A stretch of DNA of 16,998 bases, from positions 1 through 16,998 of the forward strand of contig NZ_MPKA01000081.1 in the NCBI RefSeq assembly GCF_001945605.1, given 5' to 3'. This document shows, one piece after another, positions 1 to 8,659 of this stretch; within the stretch, counting starts at the first letter, position 1, and each line of letters starts with the position of its first letter. A program made the translations under genes and the position numbers. The notes below the pieces were generated by a model. That model ran no database searches. It saw only the letters and a list, made by a program, of their open reading frames with translations, and was not told the origin of the DNA. This DNA comes from Dubosiella newyorkensis (GTDB lineage: Bacteria > Bacillota_I > Bacilli_A > Erysipelotrichales > Erysipelotrichaceae).

Positions 1-14
1 GCAATACGTGCCAT
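1..14 (-). CDS. rpsM: 30S ribosomal protein S13, first 4-5 codons only (gene runs off the left edge)
   Basis: The reverse complement of 1-14 reads ATG GCA CGT ATT GC = M-A-R-I-(A), the usual S13 N-terminus. AGGAGG (revcomp of 19-24) lies 4 nt upstream. The position after infA-rpmJ matches the conserved gene order. Only a few codons are visible. Confidence 0.45.
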
Positions 15-25
15 TGTTCCTCCTA

Positions 26-142
26 CTAGTTTCCTTGTCTCTGTTTGTGTTTTGGATTTTCACAGATCACCATTACACGACCTTTGCGTCGGATCACTCG
101 GCACTTGTCGCAGATTGGTTTGACAGACGGTCTAACTTTCAT
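26..142 (-). CDS. rpmJ: 50S ribosomal protein L36 (38 aa; below the ORF-track cutoff)
   Basis: Hand translation of the minus strand gives [38 protein letters not shown]. This is the canonical L36 sequence with its zinc-ribbon Cys/His pattern. A GAGGA RBS overlaps the infA stop. Confidence 0.92.
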   Translation of the reverse strand: MKVRPSVKPICDKCRVIRRKGRVMVICENPKHKQRQGN

Positions 143-151
143 ACACGTCCT

Positions 152-370
152 CTACTTTCTTCTAAAAGTAATACGCCCACGTGTTAAGTCGTATGGAGAA
201 ATCTCCACTGTGACACGATCCCCTGGTAAAATGCGAATGTGATGCATACGAATTTTACCAGAAACGTGAGCCAAGATCTCGTGTCCGTTTTCTAGCTTTA
301 CTTTAAAAGCAGCATTTGGTAATGTATCGACGACAATGCCATCGATCTCGATCATATCTTGTTTTGACAT
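152..370 (-). CDS. infA: translation initiation factor IF-1
   Basis: The 72-aa [75 protein letters not shown] is near-invariant IF-1 (S1-like OB fold). An AAGGAGG RBS lies upstream (revcomp of about 375-383). Confidence 0.97.
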   Translation of the reverse strand: MSKQDMIEIDGIVVDTLPNAAFKVKLENGHEILAHVSGKIRMHHIRILPGDRVTVEISPYDLTRGRITFRRK

Positions 371-429
371 GGAATTTACACGCCTCCTTTATTTGATGAA
401 ATGATATAATGCATAAATTGCCAACTATC

Positions 430-458
430 ATTTTAACAAACAATACACCCTTTGACAA
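430..458 (-). promoter_or_regulatory. candidate sigma-A promoter for infA-rpmJ-rpsM
   Basis: The minus strand reads TTGTCA (453-458), a 17-nt spacer, then TAAAAT (430-435). It sits about 60 nt upstream of the infA ATG and directly downstream of the flavodoxin terminator. Confidence 0.45.
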
Positions 459-463
459 GGTAG

Positions 464-491
464 AGAAAAAAAGAAGGTCTCCCTGAGACCT
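464..491 (-). terminator. intrinsic terminator after the flavodoxin gene
   Basis: The minus strand forms AGGTCTC-agg-GAGACCT (475-491; 7-bp stem, 3-nt loop) followed by TTCTTTTTTTCTC. It begins 7 nt after the flavodoxin stop. Confidence 0.6.
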
Positions 492-497
492 ATCGAT

Positions 498-995
498 TTA
501 CATTTTGTTTTGGATCCATTCGATCGCAAGATCGACCGCGTCATCATAATTGCTGGACACGAAACCAGACCCTTCATCGATGTTCGCTTCTGGATAGGCA
601 GCCTCGAGATCATCGATCGATTTTTGACGGCCCGCTCCTCCATTGATCACGAAAGGAACGATCCTTTTCCCCGCTAATTCGCCTTTTTGATGAAGTTCAT
701 CCAAAGCCGTAAAAACAGGCATCGGCGCCGTTCCGCACCAATTTGGAAAACCTAAAATAATCGTGGAATACTGTTCGATATTTGGAACGGGTCTAGCCAG
801 CTCCGGACGCGCGTTGGCGCCAAGATCACGCAAAGCCTCCTGCACGCAGACATCGTCATTCGTACTATATGGATATTTTGGTTCGATCTCAAATAGATCA
901 GCGCCCGTTAGATCGGCAATGCTTGTCGCGGCGCGCTTCGTCGTCGAATTCGCTGGATGATTTCCTCCAAAATACATGACAAGTGTATCTTTCAT
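498..995 (-). CDS. flavodoxin-family protein (short-chain, Flavodoxin_4-like)
   Basis: MKDTLVMYFGG...TKRAATSIADLTGADLFEIEPKYPYS...ILGFPNWCGTAPMPV matches the pattern of flavodoxins annotated in Firmicutes. The start was moved to the internal ATG at 995, which has a GGAAGGAG RBS; the ORF-track start at 1016 has none. Confidence 0.8.
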   Translation of the reverse strand: MKDTLVMYFGGNHPANSTTKRAATSIADLTGADLFEIEPKYPYSTNDDVCVQEALRDLGANARPELARPVPNIEQYSTIILGFPNWCGTAPMPVFTALDELHQKGELAGKRIVPFVINGGAGRQKSIDDLEAAYPEANIDEGSGFVSSNYDDAVDLAIEWIQNKM

Positions 996-1082
996 AAACA
1001 CACTCCTTCCTATCAATGAAATAATTATACAAAAAAAGCACGATAAAAAGTAGTATGATGAAAGGAAAAGAAAGGGCCGTTT

Positions 1083-1985
1083 ATGATCAACCTACAAATC
1101 GAGATCTTCCTTCTATTAGCGATCGGATATATCCTCTCAAAAAAACGCATCATCACTCACGAAGTCAAAACAAAGCTCACGACGCTCTCTTTATCCCTTA
1201 TTTTGCCGTGCGCCATTATCCGCTCTTTCGAGCTCGATATCACATACAAAGATTTTCGAATGTGCTTTATCGTCCTCGTTTGTTCTTTCGCGATCCAGCT
1301 TCTCTATGCACTTGTCAATCAATGGATGTGGAATAGTGAAGAGCCGCAAAAAGCGATCAACCTGAAATATGGGACGCTCGTCTCGAATGCGGGCTTTTTT
1401 GGAATGCCTATCGCTCAAGCCGCGTATGGAGAGCTTGGACTTTTGTTCGCTTCCTTTTTCTTGATCCCGCAGCGCGTCGTCATGTGGTCAGCCGGTCTTT
1501 CGTTATACACCACCAAAACGAGCTGGCAAGAAAAAGTGAAAAAAGTAATCACGCATCCATGCATTATCGCTTTAGCGATCGGCTTTGCGATCTTGCTGAT
1601 GAGGATGAAAGGAATCTATCTTCCAAGTTCGATCGATCAAACGATCGCAGCTATCAGCGCCTGCAATACTCCCATTTGCTTATTCGTGATCGGCGCGATG
1701 CTCGAACAAAGCGAAACCAAAGACCTTTTTTCGAAAACGATGCGGAAATATTGTCTTCTTCGTCTACTCATTCTTCCCGCCATTGTTTTAGTGATCATGA
1801 AATCGTTCCAGCTCCCTCTTTTAGCGATCCAGATCTGCGTGATCGAATCCGCAATGCCAGCGGCTACAACGAGTGCGATGCTTGCTTTACGCTACGATCA
1901 AGATCCGGCATTCGCAAGCAAAATGGTGTTCGTATCGACCTTATTTTCTCTCTTCACTTTGCCATTATGGCTTTATATCTTGTAA
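1083..1985 (+). CDS. AEC (auxin efflux carrier / Mem_trans) family permease
   Basis: A 300-aa polytopic membrane protein. The N-terminus MINLQIEIFLLLAIGYILSKKRII, the roughly 10 hydrophobic segments and the size are typical of bacterial AEC transporters. Confidence 0.8.
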   Translation: MINLQIEIFLLLAIGYILSKKRIITHEVKTKLTTLSLSLILPCAIIRSFELDITYKDFRMCFIVLVCSFAIQLLYALVNQWMWNSEEPQKAINLKYGTLVSNAGFFGMPIAQAAYGELGLLFASFFLIPQRVVMWSAGLSLYTTKTSWQEKVKKVITHPCIIALAIGFAILLMRMKGIYLPSSIDQTIAAISACNTPICLFVIGAMLEQSETKDLFSKTMRKYCLLRLLILPAIVLVIMKSFQLPLLAIQICVIESAMPAATTSAMLALRYDQDPAFASKMVFVSTLFSLFTLPLWLYIL

Positions 1986-2014
1986 AAAAAGCTAAGGACC
2001 AACCTTAGCTTTTT
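1985..2014. terminator. bidirectional intrinsic terminator shared by the convergent permease and maf genes
   Basis: AAAAAAGCTAAGG-accaa-CCTTAGCTTTTT has a perfect 9-bp GC-containing stem flanked by an A-run and a T-run, so it works on both strands. The maf stop codon (2005-2007) lies inside the stem. Confidence 0.75.
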
Positions 2015-2559
2015 AATACCATTCGCAAAATATCATTCACTTTACCTTTTGGAAGCCCAACCACATTTGAATACGAACCATCGATCTTTTCGACAAAATC
2101 GCATTCTTGGATCCCATACGAACCAGCCTTGTCGAGGCAAGTTCCTTTGTTCACGTACTCGACGATATCTTGGGCGCTCAGTTCACGAAACTGTACATGC
2201 GTCGTTTCTGTAAAAGACAGATCTTCATGCGGCAAACAAATACAAACTCCCGTTTTGACTTCATGCGCTTGTCCGCTCAAATCGACAAGCGTGTCTACAG
2301 CTTCTTCTTTCGTTTTAGGTTTGCCTAAGATCTCATTTTGAAAACAAACGACCGTATCGGCTCCGATCACACAAGCGTTCGGATAAAGCTTCTGCACTTC
2401 TTTAGCTTTTCGATAGGCAATCAGCTCGATCGCTTGATCGATGCCATTTTCTAGTTCTAACACTTCTTCGCCATTGGCTGGCTGGACCGTAAACGTATAT
2501 CCAAGATCGCTCAAGATCTCTTTTCTTCGACTCGATCCACTCGCTAATATTATTTCCAT
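2005..2559 (-). CDS. maf: Maf-family nucleoside triphosphate pyrophosphatase (septum formation protein Maf)
   Basis: MEIILASGSSRRKEILSDLGY...GADTVV...KAGSYGIQ are the Maf signature motifs. The start was set at the ATG giving MEIILASGS (2559), and the 22-codon upstream extension was discarded. Confidence 0.9.
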   Translation of the reverse strand: MEIILASGSSRRKEILSDLGYTFTVQPANGEEVLELENGIDQAIELIAYRKAKEVQKLYPNACVIGADTVVCFQNEILGKPKTKEEAVDTLVDLSGQAHEVKTGVCICLPHEDLSFTETTHVQFRELSAQDIVEYVNKGTCLDKAGSYGIQECDFVEKIDGSYSNVVGLPKGKVNDILRMVLKS

Positions 2560-2649
2560 ATCGTTCCCTGCGGATGCCTTCCTTTTCATGCCGCAAGTTA
2601 GAGAGTTTTGAAGCTGCTTTCTCATTTTACCACAACAATGCTCATTTCT

Positions 2650-3345
2650 CTACAAACTATACCCGATTGGTGCCTTGCGCTTCATATACCAAATCGAAAA
2701 AAGAGCGCAAGGAACAAATCCTGCCAGCATGACAACAACGATCCGTAAGATCAAAGAAGAAAAGAGCGCTTCCGGACAGATTTCAATCATAAAATCCGTC
2801 CTAGGATCCAACAGCCATAAGTCATTGGTAAAAAAGAGTTCATGGAACTTGATCCAAAAATCTGTAAAATCCGTCAAAGCCCAAAATCCGATCACGAGCA
2901 AAAACACACCAAAACAAAGCAAGCTTTGAAAAAAGCCGACACAGCAATTGGCGATCACTTTTTTCATCGTTCTTTCTCGAATATAAAACAAACAAGGAAC
3001 CGCGATCAAGATTCCAACACAAATTTTCAATGCCAGCATCGCGTTTTGATAAAGTTGGCGAACATCTTTCATATGCGCTTTCTCTTTTGCATTGTAGATT
3101 TGGACAACGTGTCCATCACGGACCATCGTCCCATCCATATTTGACCTCTTGCCCGTAATGTAGTCAAGCATCATCGCCATGCTTTTATTCAGATCTTGAT
3201 TGCTGACTCCTAGTTCGTCTGCCAGCTTTGTTTTCTCATAAAACTGCGCGTAAAATGAAGCATCAAACGCCACGATCCGTACCGAAGAAAAAAGGATGGT
3301 CAAGATCAAGGACCATCCAAACAACAATCGCATGACTTGGTTCAT
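2650..3345 (-). CDS. TIGR01906/DUF1461-family integral membrane protein (the family containing the lipoprotein intramolecular transacylase Lit)
   Basis: The 231-aa protein has an N-terminal TM segment, a soluble loop and three C-terminal TM segments. It carries the motif FHELFFTNDLWLLDPRTDFMIEICPEALF, which I recall as typical of DUF1461. Its start overlaps the stop of the upstream ACT gene (ATGA). Confidence 0.65.
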   Translation of the reverse strand: MNQVMRLLFGWSLILTILFSSVRIVAFDASFYAQFYEKTKLADELGVSNQDLNKSMAMMLDYITGKRSNMDGTMVRDGHVVQIYNAKEKAHMKDVRQLYQNAMLALKICVGILIAVPCLFYIRERTMKKVIANCCVGFFQSLLCFGVFLLVIGFWALTDFTDFWIKFHELFFTNDLWLLDPRTDFMIEICPEALFSSLILRIVVVMLAGFVPCALFSIWYMKRKAPIGYSL

Positions 3346-3776
3346 TCGATCGCCACCAGTTCGACTTTATCAACGACATCTAAAGAACTCATCAGCCGCG
3401 CAAGCTCGTCGGCGCTCATTTCGATCTTATTGATATCGATCGTTAGCGTGACCGAAGCGATCCCGTTGATCGGGATCGATTGATTCAAAGCGAGAATATT
3501 CGCCTGCAAGTTCGAAAGCATCGAGAGCACAGAAGATAAAGCGCCCGTTTCATGCTTTAAAATAATCGTATAGATCGCTTTGCGCTTTGAATCGTCTTGA
3601 TTGAACGCAAAGACGGCGTCTTTGTATTTATAAAAGGTCCCGCGAGAAATGCCGACCATCTTGACGGCTTCCGAGATCCGGCGCGCTTGGCCGCTTTGAA
3701 GAAGCGTTTGCGCGGCCATGACTTTCTCTAGCACTTCGGGCAAGATCTCGCTCGATACTACATAATATTTACTCAT
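3342..3776 (-). CDS. UPF0735-type ACT domain protein (PheB-like)
   Basis: MSKYYVVSSEILPEVLEKVMAAQTLL...ISRGTFYKYKDAVFAF is followed by an ACT-like beta-alpha-beta-beta-alpha-beta region. This matches B. subtilis PheB/UPF0735 proteins of about 145 aa. The start was chosen at ATG 3776 (144 aa), overlapping the thrB 3' end by 8 nt; the ORF-track start at 3812 is a TTG. Confidence 0.75.
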   Translation of the reverse strand: MSKYYVVSSEILPEVLEKVMAAQTLLQSGQARRISEAVKMVGISRGTFYKYKDAVFAFNQDDSKRKAIYTIILKHETGALSSVLSMLSNLQANILALNQSIPINGIASVTLTIDINKIEMSADELARLMSSLDVVDKVELVAIE

Positions 3777-4629
3777 AAACGACTTCAGCTCCTCGCTCAT
3801 CCACGTTGACAAAACGATACTCGATCGAATCCATGCTTTTAGCTAGCTCATGCAGTGGCTCCTCCTGGATCGAGAGCGAAAGCATTGTCGAACCACTGCC
3901 GCTGATCCATAAAGGAAGAAGCGCGTCATGGGCTTTCTTTTGATACACCGCGAAATCTTGAATGAGCGCGCAACGATAAGGCTCATGCAAATGATCGTTC
4001 GAACACAAGTTCAAGAGCGTTTGATCGCCTATCTCGAGCGCTTCGGCCATCAAGAGCGCGTTGGCCACTTGCTCCTTCGCTTCTGAGAATGGAATCGATT
4101 TTGGAAGCACTTTGCGCGCCTCTTTCGTGCTCAATTCATGATCGGGAATGAGCGCGAGGCCATACCAACGGGGTGTTTTCAATTTTTTCGTGATCACCCT
4201 TCCTTGAAATTTTGAAGAGACGCAGACTCCTCCAAACAGGGCGGGCGCCACATTATCGGGATGTCCCTCCATTTCCGTAGCGAGCAAAAGCAGATCTTCT
4301 TTGCTCAAACAGGAATCATACCACGCGTTGGCGGCCATCATTCCTGCTACGATGCATGTAGCCGAGCTGCCTAGGCCCCGGGCAAAAGGGATCGAAGAAT
4401 CGATACGCAAATGAAAAGGGATCCTCTCTTTATTCAAAAAGTCGCAAACGCGATAAAAGGCCTGTACGACTAGATTGTTTTCATTTTGATATTCGCTTGG
4501 GCAGCCTTCGATCTCTAATTTTTCAGCATGAGTAAACGTAAATGTCCCTCGCCAATCGAGAGCGAGTCCCATGCAATCAAATCCAATACAACAATTGGCG
4601 CTTGTTGCCGGAACGCTCACCTTGATCAT
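3769..4629 (-). CDS. thrB: homoserine kinase
   Basis: MIKVSVPATSANCCIGFDCMGLAL and the GHMP-kinase motif PFARGLGSSAT are present, with HPDNVAPALFGG further on. The start ATG at 4629 overlaps the thrC stop (ATGA). The 50-codon upstream extension in the ORF track lies inside thrC and was rejected. Confidence 0.93.
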   Translation of the reverse strand: MIKVSVPATSANCCIGFDCMGLALDWRGTFTFTHAEKLEIEGCPSEYQNENNLVVQAFYRVCDFLNKERIPFHLRIDSSIPFARGLGSSATCIVAGMMAANAWYDSCLSKEDLLLLATEMEGHPDNVAPALFGGVCVSSKFQGRVITKKLKTPRWYGLALIPDHELSTKEARKVLPKSIPFSEAKEQVANALLMAEALEIGDQTLLNLCSNDHLHEPYRCALIQDFAVYQKKAHDALLPLWISGSGSTMLSLSIQEEPLHELAKSMDSIEYRFVNVDERGAEVVYE

Positions 4630-6098
4630 CGTACTTCGCCTAACCCTTTCTCGACAACTTCTTTCATTTCCTCGACTGAAATGACACCGGAATGGAGAAT
4701 ATCCATCGACTCGAGTTGCGCTAGGTTGACCGGGATCGGATCTTGACAATGCGCTGAGAGTTTTTTTAGCGCGTCCCATTCGTCACTCGCCTCTTTAGAG
4801 AGCGCGTCCAACACATCGACGCTGAATTTATAAGGGGAAGCGGTCGCGAGCGTAACTATTGGCGTGCTGGAATTTGTCATCGATGCCACGCGATATCCGA
4901 TCGCCGTATGCGGATCTAGGACGATCCCTTCTTTTTCATACACGTCTTTGATTGTTTCTTTTGTTTGTTCATCGCTTACAAAGTCGCCCGAAAATAGAGC
5001 CTGGATCTTTTGAAGCGTCTGGGCATCGACCTCGTAACGGCCTTTTTCTTGAAGATCTTTCATCCAGGAAGCGACTTTTTGATGATCTTGTCCGCTCATA
5101 TAGAAAAGCAAACGTTCAAGATTGCTGGAAACTAGAATATCCATGCTTGGAGAAATCGTTTGGATAAACTCGCGGTTTTTATCATAAACGCCTGTGTTCA
5201 AAAAGTCGGTGAGCACTTTATTGGAGTTGCTGGCCACATAAAACCGCTCTACTGGAAGACCCATCAAATACGCGTAATAGCCGGCGAGAACATCGCCAAA
5301 ATTGCCAGTCGGTACGCTAAAGGAGACAGGCTCTCCTAGATGGATCACGCCATCTTGAACGAGTTGTTTATAAGCGTCGAAATAATATACGATCTGAGGA
5401 ACGAGGCGTCCGACATTGATCGAATTGGCGCTGGTGAGAAGCACATCATGTTCTTCCGCTTTTTGATGAAGCTCTTGATCGAGGAAGAGCTGTTTGACTT
5501 GGCTTTGGGCGTCGTCAAAATTCCCTTCGATCGCATATACGCCTACATTGTTCCCTTCCTGGGTAGCCATTTGGCGATATTGGATTTGACTGACTTTTTC
5601 ATGAGGGTAGAAGACACGAATGCCAATGTGGTCGACATCTTTGAAGCCGGACATGGCGGCTTTTCCTGTATCGCCGCTTGTCGCTGTCAAGATCAGCGCT
5701 TTCTTTCCAGCGGATTTGAGCGCGGTGGACATGAGTTGGGGCAAAAGCGTCAAAGCGACATCTTTGAAGGCGCTTGTTGGTCCATGGAACAATTCGAGCA
5801 CATAAAGATCGCCCACTTTTTTGACAGGCGTGATCTTGTTGGAGGCAAAGGACTTGTCGTACGCATTGTGGACGCATGCTTCCAGCTCCTCTTTTGTATA
5901 GTCTGGTAAGATCTTTTCTAATATATACTGTGCATTTTCAATGTATGATTGTTCAACGATCGCGTTGAGATCGAGATCGACCGTGTCGATGGCTGGCCAT
6001 ACGTATAAGCCTCCATCGGGCGCGATCCCATTGAGAATGGCTTGTTTGCTCGTGGCGTTTTGTTTTGGATCTCGTGTCGATTCATAAATATTTTCCAT
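4626..6098 (-). CDS. thrC: threonine synthase (long form, 490 aa)
   Basis: MENIYESTRDP...GGLYVWP...FHGPTSAFKDVAL contains the PLP lysine motif, and the protein is full length. The start at 6098 has a strong AAGGAGGAG RBS. Confidence 0.95.
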   Translation of the reverse strand: MENIYESTRDPKQNATSKQAILNGIAPDGGLYVWPAIDTVDLDLNAIVEQSYIENAQYILEKILPDYTKEELEACVHNAYDKSFASNKITPVKKVGDLYVLELFHGPTSAFKDVALTLLPQLMSTALKSAGKKALILTATSGDTGKAAMSGFKDVDHIGIRVFYPHEKVSQIQYRQMATQEGNNVGVYAIEGNFDDAQSQVKQLFLDQELHQKAEEHDVLLTSANSINVGRLVPQIVYYFDAYKQLVQDGVIHLGEPVSFSVPTGNFGDVLAGYYAYLMGLPVERFYVASNSNKVLTDFLNTGVYDKNREFIQTISPSMDILVSSNLERLLFYMSGQDHQKVASWMKDLQEKGRYEVDAQTLQKIQALFSGDFVSDEQTKETIKDVYEKEGIVLDPHTAIGYRVASMTNSSTPIVTLATASPYKFSVDVLDALSKEASDEWDALKKLSAHCQDPIPVNLAQLESMDILHSGVISVEEMKEVVEKGLGEVR

Positions 6099-6110
6099 CT
6101 TAACTCCTCC

Positions 6111-6158
6111 TTGAAAAACAACAACTCCTATGATACGATGTTCTCGTTTTAAATACAA
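6111..6158. promoter_or_regulatory. compact divergent promoter region for thrC (-) and hom (+)
   Basis: The minus strand reads TTGTAT (6153-6158)-N17-TATCAT (6130-6135). The plus strand reads TTGAAA (6111-6116)-N17-TACGAT (6134-6139). The two -10 hexamers overlap. The whole intergenic region is only 92 nt. These are hexamer matches only. Confidence 0.3.
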
Positions 6159-6190
6159 GTGTTTTCTAACAAGAAACAAGGAGGGTATGA

Positions 6191-7303
6191 ATGAACGCAG
6201 TATTGCTTGGATATGGAACGGTAGGAAAAGGAGTCGAGCGGTTGTGCAATCAAGTGGCAGACTTGAATTTGACGAACGTTTTCGTTCTTCCTCAATTTGA
6301 AGATCTGCCTTACTTTACAAACGATGGCGAAAGGATCGTCACCGATCCAGATACGGATATCGTTTTTGAATGCTTGAGTGGCACTGAGCCTGCCAATACT
6401 CTGATCACAAAAGCTCTGGAGGCTGGAAAGCATGTCATCACTTCGAACAAGGCGGTCGTTTCTCCCAATCTTGAACGATATGTCGAATTGGCAAAGCGGT
6501 ATGGCGGCTCGATCCAGATCGAGGCGAGCGTGGCTGGCGGCATTCCTTTTTTGGATGCGATCTTAAAGCTGCAGCGCCTAGAAGAAATCGATGGTTATGA
6601 AGGGATCTTCAATGGAACGAGCAACTACATCCTCGATCAAATGCAAAAGGAGGGTGTCGCTTTGAAGGACGCTTTGAAAGAAGCGCAAAAAAGAGGCTAC
6701 GCGGAAGCCGATCCGACCAACGATATTGAAGGGATCGATGTGTTCTATAAGACGAACATCACGAATATGCTTGCGTATCAAACGAAAAACGATGCGATCT
6801 TGCCGCCTCTCGGTATTTCTAAGATCGATCAAAAAGATATCGAATACGCCAAAAAACACAAAAAGGTCATTCGTCATATCGCGCGTTCGATCCAAAAAGG
6901 AAACGCGTTCGCGAGCGTGATCGCGCCTGCTTTTTTGGACGAGGAGAATTATTTGGCGAATACGCCTTCGAACTACAACGCGCAGCTTTTATTCGCCAAC
7001 TCGTTCGATCAGCTTGGTTATTTTGGTCAAGGGGCTGGTCAGCTGGCCACAGCGCAAGCGATGCTTGCCAACGCTTTGGACACGATGGAGCATAGAGAAC
7101 GAAAGATCGTTTTGAATAACGATAAAAAAGTCGACAATTCGATCCTTCAGGAAGATTGGATCGTCCGCTCGAAAAAAGACTTGGCTTCTTTATTGCCAGT
7201 TCGACAAGAAAACGAATATTTCTTGTTTGAAAAGAAAGATCCGACATTCATTGCCACAGTGCAAGAGATCGATCCAGAAGCGATGATCGCGTTGTGGAAA
7301 TAA
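6191..7303 (+). CDS. hom: homoserine dehydrogenase (short form, 370 aa)
   Basis: MNAVLLGYGTVGKGV is a Rossmann GxGxxG motif. ...VITSNKAVV...IEASVAGGIPF...GIFNGTSNYIL...AQKRGYAEADPTNDIEGIDV... are the Hom catalytic-domain motifs. An AAGGAGGG RBS lies upstream. Confidence 0.92.
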   Translation: MNAVLLGYGTVGKGVERLCNQVADLNLTNVFVLPQFEDLPYFTNDGERIVTDPDTDIVFECLSGTEPANTLITKALEAGKHVITSNKAVVSPNLERYVELAKRYGGSIQIEASVAGGIPFLDAILKLQRLEEIDGYEGIFNGTSNYILDQMQKEGVALKDALKEAQKRGYAEADPTNDIEGIDVFYKTNITNMLAYQTKNDAILPPLGISKIDQKDIEYAKKHKKVIRHIARSIQKGNAFASVIAPAFLDEENYLANTPSNYNAQLLFANSFDQLGYFGQGAGQLATAQAMLANALDTMEHRERKIVLNNDKKVDNSILQEDWIVRSKKDLASLLPVRQENEYFLFEKKDPTFIATVQEIDPEAMIALWK

Positions 7304-7336
7304 AAAAGAAAGTATGAAAGGAATCAGAGAGCCATT

Positions 7337-8659
7337 ATGTTAAAAATCACGAAGTTTGGCGGTTCGTCGGTCGCGGATGCCCGTCAATTCAGAAAAATCA
7401 AAAAAATCATTGAAGCCGATCCGGATCGTAAGTATGTCGTGGTCTCGGCGCCAGGACGTCGTTTTTCTTCCGATCCAAAATTGACGGATCTTCTCTATTT
7501 GCTGGATGCGCATCGTCAATATCATGTGGACGCGAGCAATGTGTTCCAGTCGATCAAAGAGCGGTTCATGGAGATCAAAACGGAGCTGGATCTAAAGCAG
7601 CCGATCGAAAAAGAGCTGGATGCGCTGTATACGAATTTGAACCAGCTCTCTCAAGCCGAGATCGTTTCTAGGGGCGAATACTTTTGTGCTAAACTCATGG
7701 CCGAATATTTGGGCTTTCCTTTCGTGGACGCGAAAGATGTCATCCGCTTTCGTTTGGATAAAACGATCGATTGGGACGCGACACGGGCCAAGCTGGAGAC
7801 TAAGACGGCGCAATTTTCGAATTTTGTGATGCCTGGTTTTTATGGCGCGACAAGTCACGATCAGATTCAGGTGTTTTCGCGTGGGGGCGGCGATATTTCG
7901 GGTTCGATCCTCGCCCAATGCTTGGATGCGGATGTGTATGAAAACTGGACCGATGTTTCTGGTTTTTTGATGGCGGATCCTACGATCGTCGAGAATCCAG
8001 AACCGATCACGCATATTACGTATTCGGAGCTAAGAGAGCTTTCGTATATGGGGGCGAGCGTCTTGCATGAGGAAGCGATCTTCCCTGTCAAAGAGAAAAA
8101 TATTCCGATCCATATTTTGAATACGAACCGTCCTCAAGATTTTGGAACGATCATTCAAGAACGCACGAAATACAAGGCGCCTTATTCGATCACTGGAATC
8201 GCGGGCAAAACAGGGTTTATGTCGATCTATATTTATAAAAAACACATGTCTAACGAGGTTGGATATATGCGAAAGGTGCTCTCGATCTTGGAAGACTATA
8301 ACGTGAGTATCGAGCATATTCCTTCGGGGATCGATTCCTTTACGATCGTGATCCAGGAAAAGGATATAGAAGATCGGCTTTATGAAATGTTGGCGCGGAT
8401 CAAAAAGGAATTGAAGCCGGACGAGATCCGCACGCAAGATAAGATCGCGCTCATCTCGACGGTGGGCAAAAGCATGTCGGCTCGGCCTGGAACAAGCGGC
8501 AAGCTCTTTGGAGCGTTGGGTCAAAATGATATCAATATTTTGATGATCGCCCAAGGCAGCGACGAGATCAATATTACGGTTGGTGTGAGCGAAGAAGATT
8601 TTAAAAAGACGATTCATGTGATCTACGATACATTTGTTCAAGAGGAGGAATTGTTATGA
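7337..8659 (+). CDS. lysC: aspartate kinase
   Basis: MLKITKFGGSSVADA is the AAK-family N-terminus. The kinase core is followed by two C-terminal ACT-like repeats (...ISIYIYKKHM...ALISTVGKSM...NILMIAQGSDEINITVGV). Confidence 0.94.
   Translation: MLKITKFGGSSVADARQFRKIKKIIEADPDRKYVVVSAPGRRFSSDPKLTDLLYLLDAHRQYHVDASNVFQSIKERFMEIKTELDLKQPIEKELDALYTNLNQLSQAEIVSRGEYFCAKLMAEYLGFPFVDAKDVIRFRLDKTIDWDATRAKLETKTAQFSNFVMPGFYGATSHDQIQVFSRGGGDISGSILAQCLDADVYENWTDVSGFLMADPTIVENPEPITHITYSELRELSYMGASVLHEEAIFPVKEKNIPIHILNTNRPQDFGTIIQERTKYKAPYSITGIAGKTGFMSIYIYKKHMSNEVGYMRKVLSILEDYNVSIEHIPSGIDSFTIVIQEKDIEDRLYEMLARIKKELKPDEIRTQDKIALISTVGKSMSARPGTSGKLFGALGQNDINILMIAQGSDEINITVGVSEEDFKKTIHVIYDTFVQEEELL

Noticed and set aside
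4630-4779. N-terminal extensions in the ORF track for thrB (50 codons), thrC (27 codons, to 6179), maf (22 codons, to 2625) and flavodoxin (7 codons, to 1016)
   Set aside because: - The extensions overlap upstream genes or lack an RBS.
- The conserved protein N-termini begin at internal ATGs that have good Shine-Dalgarno sequences or ATGA coupling.
7304-7336. Search for lysine riboswitch (L-box), T-box leaders, tRNA/rRNA genes and CRISPR repeats anywhere in the window
   Set aside because: - The intergenic regions upstream of hom, lysC and thrC are 33-92 nt, too short for such leaders.
- I saw no cloverleaf-like or rRNA-like sequences.
- I saw no regularly spaced direct repeats.
8030-8641. 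203-aa ORF antisense to lysC. Similar long shadow ORFs occur at 7592-8014, 6867-7247, 6578-6895, 5340-5909, 1484-2008 and 2842-3144.
   Set aside because: - They lie opposite to, or out of frame with, genes that carry unmistakable conserved motifs.
- Their translations are Arg/Ser/Leu-rich and low-complexity, typical of shadow frames.
- None has an RBS.
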